Assembly (NCBI GenBank): GCA_963725665.1 | Contig: CAVRZA010000006.1 | Location: 256,001 to 320,000, forward strand | Reading direction: 5' to 3' | Length of the DNA stretch: 64,000 nucleotides | Origin: an uncultured Actinomycetes bacterium | Lineage (GTDB): Bacteria > Actinomycetota > Thermoleophilia > UBA2241 | In this document: positions 40,212 to 48,973 of the stretch, piece by piece | Layout: every line of letters starts with the position of its first letter | Numbering within the stretch: position 1 is the first letter of the stretch | Notes under the pieces: generated by a model | What the model was told of the DNA's origin: nothing | What the model saw: only the letters and a program-made list of their open reading frames with translations | The model's database searches: none | Position numbers and translations under genes: made by a program

Positions 40212-41084
40212 GTGAACGACCAGACCGAAGAGCAGGGACGCGGCGTCGGCTTCACCGTCACGCAGGCGCAGCGGCTGCGCGAGCTGGGGGCCGGCGAAGC
40301 GCAGCTTTCGCTGCGCTTCGCCGGCCCGCCCGACCGCGACGCCGCCTTCAAAGCGCTCGAGAACGAGCTCACGCGGGCGGGGCGCCGGCGGCTCGCCGCG
40401 CTGCGCGAGGCGGGGCGCCGGCGCCCCGCCCTGTCGGAGCTCGCAGAGACGCTCGCCGCGCGCGTGCGCGAACTCGGCTTCGTGCAGGTGGTCACACCGG
40501 CGATCATCACGCGCGACGCCCTGCGGCGCATGGGCATCGGCGCCGGGCATCCTCTCGCCGAGCAGGTCTTCTGGCTCGAGGGCGAGCGCTGCTTGAGGCC
40601 CATGCTGGCGCCCAACCTCTACACACTCTGGCGCCGCCTCGCGCGCGTGTGGCCGCTGCCGTTCGGGATCTTTGAGATCGGCTCTTGCTTCCGCATGGAC
40701 ACGAAGGGCAGCACGCATCTGAACGAGTTCACGATGATGAACCTGGCCGAGCTAGGCACGCCGCTCGCGCGCCGTCAGGAGCGCATCCGCGAGCTGGCCC
40801 ACGCCGTGATGCAGGCGGCGGCCGTCGGCGACTACGACCTCGTCGAGAAGGAGTCGGAGGTCTACGGCGACACCCTCGACGTGCTCGCCGGGTCGGCCCG
40901 GCTCGAGGTCTGCTCGGCGGCGATGGGGCCGCACCCACTCGACGAGGCGTGGGGCATCGTCGATCCCTGGGTCGGACTCGGCTTCGGTCTCGAGCGCTTG
41001 CTCCTCGCGCGCGAGGACGAGACCACGATCGAGCGCGTAGGGCGCAGCCTGAGCTACCTCGACGGCGTGCGCCTCAACCTGTAG
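40212..41084 (+). CDS. pylSc: Pyrrolysine--tRNA ligase catalytic subunit PylSc
   Basis: TQAQRLREL start, GFVQVVTP, CLRPMLAPNLY, HLNEFTMMNL.E, VYGDT, PWVGLGFGLERL and RSLSYLDGVRLN closely match bacterial PylSc. Confidence 0.96.
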   Translation: MNDQTEEQGRGVGFTVTQAQRLRELGAGEAQLSLRFAGPPDRDAAFKALENELTRAGRRRLAALREAGRRRPALSELAETLAARVRELGFVQVVTPAIITRDALRRMGIGAGHPLAEQVFWLEGERCLRPMLAPNLYTLWRRLARVWPLPFGIFEIGSCFRMDTKGSTHLNEFTMMNLAELGTPLARRQERIRELAHAVMQAAAVGDYDLVEKESEVYGDTLDVLAGSARLEVCSAAMGPHPLDEAWGIVDPWVGLGFGLERLLLAREDETTIERVGRSLSYLDGVRLNL

Positions 41085-41085
41085 C

Positions 41086-41124
41086 GCGAGCGGGCGGCCC
41101 GCCTGCGGCGGGCCGCCCGCTCGC
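41086..41124. terminator. Bidirectional hairpin between pylSc and the corrinoid gene
   Basis: Perfect 18-bp stem GCGAGCGGGCGGCCCGCC with TGC loop. Confidence 0.7.
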
Positions 41125-41143
41125 CTGTCTCGACGAAGCTTCC

Positions 41144-41788
41144 CTACGCGCCGACGAGCTCCGTAATCTTCTTGACGCCGTCGTTGGCGTCCTCGGCGTA
41201 GGCGTCGGCGCCGATCTGGTCCGCCCACCGCTGCGTTGCCGGGGCTCCACCGACGACGACCTTGTACTTGTCGCGCAAGCCGCGCTCGAGCAGGACCTTG
41301 ATGAGCTTCTTCTGTTCCTCCATGGTGGTGGTGAGAAGCGCGCTCATGCCGATCACGTTTGCGCCGGTCTCCTCGGCCTTGCCGATGAAGGTGTCGATCG
41401 ATGCGTCGCGACCGACGTCGAAGACCTCGTAGCCGTGCGCCTTGAGGTAGGCGATGACGATCGCCTTGCCGATGTCGTGCACGTCGCCCTGCACGGTGCC
41501 GATCACGACCCTGCCCTTGGCCGCACCCGAAGCGCTCCCGAGAGCCTCGTTGCAGATGCGTGTGGCCGCGTCCATGGCCTGGGCGGAGAGCATGAGCTCG
41601 GGAAGGAACATCTCGCCGCTCTCGAACATCTCGCCGACCTCGCTGATGCCGGCGATGAAGCCGTCGTTCATGACCTCGGCGGGCGCCATACCGGCGGCGA
41701 TGGCGTCCTTCGCCACCTGAGCCGCCTTGTCGGCATCGGCGTTGACGATCGCATCGATCGCCTCGCGGACCATCTCGTCCTTCGTCAT
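41144..41788 (-). CDS. Methyltransferase cognate corrinoid protein (MtmC/MttC/MtbC-like)
   Basis: Cap domain (FESGEMFLPEL), GTVQGDVHDIGK B12-binding motif, SALLTTT and VGGAP. Confidence 0.92.
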   Translation of the reverse strand: MTKDEMVREAIDAIVNADADKAAQVAKDAIAAGMAPAEVMNDGFIAGISEVGEMFESGEMFLPELMLSAQAMDAATRICNEALGSASGAAKGRVVIGTVQGDVHDIGKAIVIAYLKAHGYEVFDVGRDASIDTFIGKAEETGANVIGMSALLTTTMEEQKKLIKVLLERGLRDKYKVVVGGAPATQRWADQIGADAYAEDANDGVKKITELVGA

Positions 41789-41995
41789 CCTTCGACTCCT
41801 TCTCGACGTCGACCTCGGTCCCCCTACCGCAGGGCCGGCCGGACGCGCCTGTGACGCGTCGCCGGCGACGATCCTCCCACCGGACGACCAGGCAGGATCT
41901 GCTGCTGGAAGATCCCGCCTAGTATACCGAACGGCTCGCCCCAAGAACGACAGCGGTCGGAGCCCGACTCGAGCCTGTGGTAGAGTCTCCGAGCC

Positions 41996-42874
41996 ATGCG
42001 CTACGTCGGCTCCGTCATCCGCCCCCCCAGCGAAGCATCAAGCCTCATCGTGCAGGTCACCTACGGTTGCTCCAACGCGACCTGCGACTTCTGCGCCACC
42101 TACCTCGACAAGCCCTTCGGCATCCGGCCCTTCGCCGAGATCGCCGCAGACGTCCGCGGTCTGACACCTGGGGTCAAGGAGAGGACGCGGCGCGTCTTCC
42201 TCGCCGACGGCGATGCCGTCGCGCTCTCGCCGCGCCGCCTGCACGAGATCCTCGAGCTGCTGCATGCCGAGCTGCCGCGGCTCGAGCGCGTAAGCTCCTA
42301 CGCCAACGCCCGGAACCTCCTGCGCAAGAGCGTCGGGGAGCTGCGCTCACTGCGCGAGGCTGGGCTGCAGCTCGTCTACCTGGGTCTGGAGTCGGGAGAC
42401 GACGAGACCCTGCGGGCGATCCACAAGGGCGTGACTGTGGCCGAACAGATAGAGGGCTGTCGCAGAGCGACGGAGGCGGGCATAGGGTTATCCATCACCG
42501 CCATCCTCGGGCTCGCCGGCGCCGAGCGCTCACTGATCCACGCACGCGCCACCGGCGAGGCGCTCTCGGCCATCGACCCCGAGTTCATCGGCGTGCTCAC
42601 CCTCATGGTCGTGCGCGGCACGGGCATGGCCTCCCGAGTCGCAAGCGGCGAGTTCGCCGCCCCCGACGTGCTCGGCATGCTGCGCGAGCTACGCGAGATC
42701 GTCGCGTCCACCGAGGTCAGCGACTGCCTCTTCCGCTCGAACCACGCCTCGAACTACCTGCCCGTCGGTGGCCGGCTCCCCGACGACAAGCGGGCCATGC
42801 TCGCCGCCCTCGACGCCGCCCTGGCGACCCCCGAAGCGGCCGCCCTGCGACCCGAGGCTTGGCGGCTGCTCTAG
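41996..42874 (+). CDS. Radical SAM protein (RPPSE family, Cx4Cx2C)
   Basis: IRPPSEA.SLI.QVTYGCSNATCDFC, FLADGDA, GLESG and RSNHASNY motifs; not PylB-like. Confidence 0.85.
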   Translation: MRYVGSVIRPPSEASSLIVQVTYGCSNATCDFCATYLDKPFGIRPFAEIAADVRGLTPGVKERTRRVFLADGDAVALSPRRLHEILELLHAELPRLERVSSYANARNLLRKSVGELRSLREAGLQLVYLGLESGDDETLRAIHKGVTVAEQIEGCRRATEAGIGLSITAILGLAGAERSLIHARATGEALSAIDPEFIGVLTLMVVRGTGMASRVASGEFAAPDVLGMLRELREIVASTEVSDCLFRSNHASNYLPVGGRLPDDKRAMLAALDAALATPEAAALRPEAWRLL

Positions 42875-42889
42875 CAGTCTCCGCGAACG

Positions 42890-43234
42890 CTAGGCGCTGG
42901 AGTCGTCGCGGTCGAGCAGGTGTGAGCCGTACCCGCGGTTGAAGCGGGTGGCGGCGTACTTGCGCTGCTTCCACTCGGGGATGCTGCACTGGGGGCAGGC
43001 GGCGAAGAACCACTTGTTGCGCAGCCAGCGTGCGGCACGGCTGTTCTTAGAGTCGTGGATGACCATGCGCTTGTTGCAGTGCGTCGTGACGTGAGCGTAG
43101 GAGCCGTGCACCTCGAACTCGCGCACGCCGTGCAGTACCCCACGGCGCGAGGGCCAGAGCTTCATCTTCGCGACGAGCCTGAACAGGGGGACTTGCTTTC
43201 GGTAGTAGACGCGCTTGTCGGGGTCTGTGGGCAT
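42890..43234 (-). CDS. pylSn: Pyrrolysine--tRNA ligase tRNA-binding subunit PylSn
   Basis: YYRK, KLWPSR.G.LHG, THC, SRAARWLRNK, CPQC.IPEWK and YGSHL match bacterial PylSn. Confidence 0.95.
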   Translation of the reverse strand: MPTDPDKRVYYRKQVPLFRLVAKMKLWPSRRGVLHGVREFEVHGSYAHVTTHCNKRMVIHDSKNSRAARWLRNKWFFAACPQCSIPEWKQRKYAATRFNRGYGSHLLDRDDSSA

Positions 43235-43433
43235 CGCCTGTCGTCCGCCGGCTGGTAGTGCGTGATCACGCTTGATTCTAGCAGGCGGCACGAGCGGAAG
43301 GCAGGGACCGGTTCGGCGGTCAAACGGCTGCGAGATCGGATCCGGCCATCACCTCACATCGCGGCGATCGCCGGCCGAAGAGGAGCTACCCGGGACCCCG
43401 CGAACTGGTGAGCGGGCGGATTGGAGGTCGACG

Positions 43434-44339
43434 ATGAAGAGAGTCCACTGGTTGATCGTGACCGCGGCGATGATCATGGCGGTCGGGCTGGTCGCCGGCT
43501 GCGGCGGCTCATCGCCAGGCGCCACGCCGAGCGGCGCCGAGACGACGAGCGCCCCGGCGACGAGCGAGCCGCCGCAGACGACCAGCCCGACCACGACCGC
43601 CACGCAATCCCCCTCCCCCTCGTCCACTAGGACGCTGACGGTGGCGCTCTACTTCCTGCGCGGCGAGTATGTGGGAGTGGCGCACCGCACGATCCCGCAC
43701 ACGCTGGCCACCGGCAGCGCGGCGATGAAGCTGCTCGTCGCGGGACCGAACGCCGCCGAGAAGTCGGCCGGCCTGGGAACGACGATCCCCGCCGGGACCG
43801 AGTTCCTGGGACTCGTCGTCAAGAACGGCATCGCCACCGTCGATCTGTCGAGCACCTTCGCCAGCGGCGGCGGCAGCTTGTCGATGTTCACGCGGCTGGC
43901 TGAGGTCGTCTACACGCTCACCCAGTTCCCGTCTGTGAAGGGAGTCAACTTCAAGCTCGACGGCGAGAAGGTGACCGTCTTCAGCGCCGAGGGGATCGCC
44001 CTCGACCACCCGCAGACGCGCGCCGACTACGAGGAGCAGACCCCGGCGATCCTCGTCGAGAACCCGGCCGTCGGTGACACGGTCTCGAGTCCCATGCGCC
44101 TCAGCGGGACGGCCAACGTGTTCGAGGCGGTCTTCCAGATGAAGCTCGTCGACGCCAACGGCAAGATCCTCGCCAAGGGCATGGTCCAGGCGACCTCGGG
44201 GACCGGCACCAGGGGCACCTTCTCGACGCCCGTGCTCTTCGCCCCCACCACGCCGACTGGCAAGCTGATCGTCTACGAGGTCTCGATGAAGGACGGTTCG
44301 GCCATGAACGTGGTGAGGATCCCGCTGGCGTTCAAGTAA
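43434..44339 (+). CDS. GerMN plus Gmad2 (Ig-like) domain lipoprotein
   Basis: Lipobox VAGC, Thr/Ser/Pro linker, VVYTLTQFPSV (GerMN) and GTANVFEA (Gmad2). Confidence 0.85.
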   Translation: MKRVHWLIVTAAMIMAVGLVAGCGGSSPGATPSGAETTSAPATSEPPQTTSPTTTATQSPSPSSTRTLTVALYFLRGEYVGVAHRTIPHTLATGSAAMKLLVAGPNAAEKSAGLGTTIPAGTEFLGLVVKNGIATVDLSSTFASGGGSLSMFTRLAEVVYTLTQFPSVKGVNFKLDGEKVTVFSAEGIALDHPQTRADYEEQTPAILVENPAVGDTVSSPMRLSGTANVFEAVFQMKLVDANGKILAKGMVQATSGTGTRGTFSTPVLFAPTTPTGKLIVYEVSMKDGSAMNVVRIPLAFK

Positions 44340-44363
44340 GACGAGGAACGCCCGCGGCAACGC

Positions 44364-44400
44364 GCGAGGGCCCCGGGAGCGACGCTCCCGGGGCCTTCGC
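44364..44400. terminator. Bidirectional hairpin
   Basis: GCGAGGGCCCCGGGAGC / GCTCCCGGGGCCTTCGC stem between convergent genes. Confidence 0.6.
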
Positions 44401-44430
44401 TCACCCGCCCTGGACCCGGCGCTCGCCCCC

Positions 44431-45625
44431 TCAGGCGCTCTTCACCTTCGTCCAGCACTGCGTGTAGTAGTCCATGAACGCACCGACGTCGTTCACGACC
44501 TCGCCGTACGAGAGCTGAGCCCCGGTCGGGTAGGCCTTGATCAGGATCTTGCTCTTCACGTGCTCGTAGGCCTTGGGCACGGGTGAGAGATACCACACGT
44601 AGTCAACCAGGTCGGCAGCATTCTTCGGCTCGAAAAGGAAGTTCATCAACAGGTGGGCGCCGTAGGGGCTGTTCGCCCCCTTCGGGATGCAGAGGTTGTC
44701 GATCCAGATGGTGTAGCGGGGCTTCGGCATGACGAAGGCCAGCTTGTCGAAGCCGATCTGGTCCTGCACGATGAGCGTGTCGGCGTTGAAGGCGTGCACC
44801 AGCGCGACGCCCTGTGTCATGTAGCGCTTCATGCTGTTGGTGTCGTAGGCGTTCACCAGGGGCTTCTGCTTGATCAGCTTCTTGGTCGCCGCATCGAGCT
44901 GCGCCGTGTCGGTCGAGTTCAATGAGTAGCCGAGGACAGCCAGCCCGGCACCCATCGTCTCGCGCATCTCGTTGTCCATGTTGATCTGGCCCTTCCAGGC
45001 CGGGTCCCACATGATCGTCCAGTCGGTCACAGGCTGCTTCACCTTGTCGAGGCGCACGCCGATGCCGGTCGTGCCCCACTGGTAGGGCACGCTGTACTTG
45101 AGGCCGCCGTTTTCCGTCTTGTTGTCGTACACCGGGTCCTGCAGCTTGGCTTCCACGTTCGAGAAGTTGGGGATGTAGCTCATGTTCAAGGGCTCAAGGA
45201 GGCCTGTCTTGATCATGATGTGAACCATGTAGTCAGACGGGCAGATGAGGTCGTAGCCCACCGCACCCGCCTTGAGCTTGGAGAGCAGCGCCTCGTTGTC
45301 GTCGAAGTAGGTCTCGACCAGCGTGATGCCCGTCTCCTTCTTGAAGTTCTTCACGGTCGCGGGAGCCAGATAGTCGGACCAGTTGAAGAAGTTGAGCTTG
45401 GTCGGCACCGTGGTGTCCATCGCCGACGGCGACGTGGGCGTGCTCGACGTCGACGAGGACCCGCAGGCGGAGAGCACTGCAGCCACCCCCGTGACCGAAA
45501 GGCCCATGACCAGGGCTCGCTCGATGAACGTATGCCTGGCTGATGCGCCCGTGCTTGACCTCGTCGATCAGCCCCGTGAGGTCCTTCCCACTGCAGACGT
45601 TCGCGGGCTCGGTCGAATCAGCCAT
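44431..45625 (-). CDS. PotD/PotF-like substrate-binding lipoprotein, frameshift at ~45540 in the signal region
   Basis: FNWSDY, FDDNE, GYDLICPSDYM and PYQWGTTGI motifs; removing one C restores HGRISRHTFIERAL...LSAC. Confidence 0.85.
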
Positions 45626-45893
45626 ATCCCCCACTCCCCCTCACAGGTCCCTTCGCCAGGCTCGCTCGCCGCCCCGAACATACTACACAACAGAGACCGG
45701 CGCGGGGGCACCCGCGGACGAGGTGTGACAGCGCGCAGGCAGGTGCCCGCCCTGCTTGTCGCTTCGGGCACTAGGCGGAGTTGCGACCGACCCACTTCTC
45801 GCAGTTGGCGCGGCAGATCGTCACGAGAACGGCCTCATTCTTGGCGTTGGAGCACGAATACCGTACTCTCGTCTACGTCAGGAAGGAGGACGG

Positions 45894-46358
45894 ATGGCTC
45901 GCGCGCCGCTCGACGACACCGACCGACGCATCATCATGCATCTTCAAGAGGATGGCAGACGGCCCTATACGACCATCGCCGCCGATCTGGGCCTTTCTGA
46001 GGCCAGCATCCGCCAGCGTGTTGCCCGGCTGGTGCAGCGCAAGGTGATCCAGATCGTGGCCGCCAGCAACCCCCTGGATCTCGGCCTGCAGAAAGCCGAG
46101 CTGGGAATAGCGGTGATCGACGCCTCACCCACACGGCTCGCGGAGGAGATCGCAGCCTTCCCTGAGGTCGACTTCGTCGCCATCTGCGCCGGCTCGTTCG
46201 ACCTTATCGTCGGGGTCATCTTCCGCGACCGTGAGGAGCTGTTCGAGGTCCTGGTCAACAAGGTACGCGGCCTGTCCGGCGTCGCGCGCGTCGACGTCTT
46301 CCTCCATCTCAGAGTCGTGAAGGACACCTACGAATGGCCACCTGCCGCCGTGTCCTGA
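45894..46358 (+). CDS. Lrp/AsnC family transcriptional regulator
   Basis: LDDTDRRII..LQEDGRRPY..IA..LGLSE HTH and AGSFDL ligand domain. Confidence 0.92.
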   Translation: MARAPLDDTDRRIIMHLQEDGRRPYTTIAADLGLSEASIRQRVARLVQRKVIQIVAASNPLDLGLQKAELGIAVIDASPTRLAEEIAAFPEVDFVAICAGSFDLIVGVIFRDREELFEVLVNKVRGLSGVARVDVFLHLRVVKDTYEWPPAAVS

Positions 46359-46653
46359 TGCGAGGACGGCGGCAGAAGCGTTAGACCACTGGTCATTCAA
46401 GACCCATCCTTATCGTCGCCCTATCCTGGCGAGCGACACGAATAGTGATGTCTTGCCTGGCCACCATACACGAATATCGTGTCGTTCTGCTGTTGACACT
46501 CCCGCTGCTTCGGAACAGAGTTCAGGCCGAGGGGCGGATGTCATTTGCGCTCCCGCGAGAAGCGCGACCGTGGCACACCGAACCGCGTCCGTAAGCGGTG
46601 AGGACAGCAGACTGGCGAGCTTCGCGAGTGCCTGGATCATGGAGGAGGGTGGG

Positions 46654-48435
46654 GTGCACTTCTACACAGGCAACGTGCTCAGGATCGATCTCAGCGCAGG
46701 CATCAGCAGGGTGGAGCCGCTCAAGATGGAGTACGCGCGGCTCTATATCGGCGGCAAGGGCCTCCTGCTCCGCTACATGTGGGACGAGGTCGAGCCGGGG
46801 CTCGACCCCTGGTCGCCCGAGAACCCTCTCTACCTTGTGACCGGCCCCTTCGCCGGGACGAACGTGACCACGTCGTCACGACTCGTAGTGGGCTGTAAGA
46901 GTCCGAAGACCGGCCTCTTCAACGACAGCTACGTCGGCGGCTCCTTTGCCCCTGAGATGAAGTTTGCCGGCTACGACATGATCGTCGTCACGGGAAAGGC
47001 ACCAGAACCCATCCTCGTCACCGTTCGCGACGACGTGGTGGAGTTTCAGACGGCAGGACAGTACTGGGGCATGAAGACATCCGAGATCGAGGAAGCGGTG
47101 CGGCGCGACTTCGACGCGGACGCGAAGGTGCTGTCGATCGGACCGGCGGGCGAGAACCTGATCACCTATTCGTGCATCTCGACCGACCAGTACCACAAGG
47201 CTGGCCGGGCCGGGCCGGGCGCAGTGATGGGGGCCAAGAACCTGAAGGCGATCGCGATCCGAGGCACGGGCAGGGTCACCGTGGGCAACGCGCGTGCCTT
47301 CCTGGAAGACATCCGGCGCATCCACAAGGAGTACATCCTCACCGACGACAACTTGTGGGCCCACGAGGAAGGCACCCCGATCCTCGTCGACATCATCAAT
47401 GGCGGCGGCGCTCTCCCCACCCGCCACTACTCGACGGGATCGTTCGAGGGCGCTACGAAGCTCAACTCTGAGTCGTTCCAGAAGATCCGCGTCAAAAAGC
47501 GCGCCTGCTACCAGTGCGCCATCGCGTGTCGCAACTTTCACGCCGTGCCGGGCGCGCGTGGTGAGGGCCCCGAGTACGAGACCATCGCGCTAGGCGGTGC
47601 GAACTGCGGCATCGATGACATCGGGGCCCTGATGAAGTTCAACGCCGACTGCGACGAGTACGGGCTCGACACGATCTCGACCGGGGCGTGCATCGCCTTG
47701 GCCATGGAGATGACCGAGAAGGGCATCCACGACTTCAGCCTGCGCTTCGGCGAGGTCGACGGCTATGTGAAGGCGGTGCCCCTAATAGCGAAGCGCACGG
47801 GTATCGGTGTCGACCTCTCCCTCGGCGAACGGGCCCTCGCGACGAAGTACGGCCATCCGGAGCTGGCGATGGAGGTCAAGGACCTGGAGTTGCCGGGCTA
47901 CGATCCGCGAGGCGCCTTCGGCATGAGCGTGACATACGCCACCTCCGACCGGGGCGGCTGTCACATGCGATCTTTCCCGGTGGGCCAGGAGATCGTCGCC
48001 GGCACGCTGCCCGCCGACACACTCGAGGGGAAGGCAGACTGGATCATCCGCTCCGGCACCGGGGGACAGGACTTCTTCGCCCTCAAGTTCAGCGGCATCT
48101 GGTGTGACTTCTGGGCCATCGACGTCAATCAGATCTCGCAACTCATGAAGCACGTCTGGGAGCGCGAGGTGAGCGAGGACGAGCTCATGCGCACCGGCGA
48201 GCGCATCTGGAACCTGGGCCGTCTCTTCAACCTGCGCGAAGGGGTGGACGACGACGACCTGCCGGAGCGCATCTTGAGTGAGCCTCACCCCTCGGGCGCG
48301 GCCGCCGGACGCGTGATCGGACGCGAGGCATTCGCAGCTGCCCTGCAGGAGTACTACAGCCTGCGCGGGTGGGACGAGAAGGGCGTGCCGGGCGAGGCCA
48401 AGCTGGCCGCGCTCGGCGTCGACGTCCGCCTCTAG
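46654..48435 (+). CDS. Aldehyde:ferredoxin oxidoreductase family (W/Mo-pterin)
   Basis: IGGKG, KSPKTG, SIGPAGEN, GR.G.GAVMGAKNLKA, CYQCAIAC, GPEYET, GLDTIS and RGGCH motifs. Confidence 0.95.
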   Translation: MHFYTGNVLRIDLSAGISRVEPLKMEYARLYIGGKGLLLRYMWDEVEPGLDPWSPENPLYLVTGPFAGTNVTTSSRLVVGCKSPKTGLFNDSYVGGSFAPEMKFAGYDMIVVTGKAPEPILVTVRDDVVEFQTAGQYWGMKTSEIEEAVRRDFDADAKVLSIGPAGENLITYSCISTDQYHKAGRAGPGAVMGAKNLKAIAIRGTGRVTVGNARAFLEDIRRIHKEYILTDDNLWAHEEGTPILVDIINGGGALPTRHYSTGSFEGATKLNSESFQKIRVKKRACYQCAIACRNFHAVPGARGEGPEYETIALGGANCGIDDIGALMKFNADCDEYGLDTISTGACIALAMEMTEKGIHDFSLRFGEVDGYVKAVPLIAKRTGIGVDLSLGERALATKYGHPELAMEVKDLELPGYDPRGAFGMSVTYATSDRGGCHMRSFPVGQEIVAGTLPADTLEGKADWIIRSGTGGQDFFALKFSGIWCDFWAIDVNQISQLMKHVWEREVSEDELMRTGERIWNLGRLFNLREGVDDDDLPERILSEPHPSGAAAGRVIGREAFAAALQEYYSLRGWDEKGVPGEAKLAALGVDVRL

Positions 48436-48464
48436 GCCCGGCTCGCGAGGGAAAGGGAGAACCA

Positions 48465-48914
48465 ATGCCGCATGTGTTGATCTCGAAGAAGAAGTGCACC
48501 GGCTGCCACATGTGCGAGCTCGCCTGCTCGGCCTGGCACGAGGGTGTCTATCAGCCGTCGCTGGCCCGCCTCAACGTGATCGTCAATCCGACGACGGGCG
48601 TGATCAAGGGCCAGACCTGCGTGCAGACGGCCTGTCATAAGTGCCAGGACGTCTGCCCGCACGAGGCCATCTTCACCAGGGGCGGCGTGCTCTACGTCGA
48701 CGAGGCCAAGTGCAACGCCTGCGCCGACATCGCCGAGGGGCCGCAGTGCGTGCCCGTCTGTCCCTGGGACGTGATGCATATCCACCCGCAGAGCAACAAG
48801 GCCTTCAAGTGCGACCTCTGCGACGGCGATCCGCAGTGCGTCGCCTTCTGCCAGAACCCACACGTGCTGGCCGTCACGCAGAAGGCCGACAAGGCCGACG
48901 CGGCAGCCGTCTGA
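48465..48914 (+). CDS. 4Fe-4S dicluster electron-transfer subunit
   Basis: CTGCHMCELAC, CxxxxCxxCxxxCP, CNAC...C...CP and CDLCDGDPQCVAFC motifs. Confidence 0.9.
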   Translation: MPHVLISKKKCTGCHMCELACSAWHEGVYQPSLARLNVIVNPTTGVIKGQTCVQTACHKCQDVCPHEAIFTRGGVLYVDEAKCNACADIAEGPQCVPVCPWDVMHIHPQSNKAFKCDLCDGDPQCVAFCQNPHVLAVTQKADKADAAAV

Positions 48915-48973
48915 CGGTCGACCGCAGACGCAGATCCAGGAGCACGAAGGAAGAGACCCCCGAAAGGACGACC

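Noticed and set aside
41996-42874. Radical SAM as PylB
   Set aside because: It lacks the BioB/HydE-like PylB features and has the RPPSE/Cx4Cx2C signature of a different family.
43040-43060. GACTCTAAG on the minus strand resembling a tRNA-Pyl anticodon loop
   Set aside because: It lies inside the pylSn coding sequence (HDSKN) with no cloverleaf. No pylT was found in the intergenic regions around the pyl genes either.
46360-46650. Moco/Wco riboswitch upstream of AOR
   Set aside because: I could not identify the conserved motif elements by eye; an Rfam RF01055 scan is needed.
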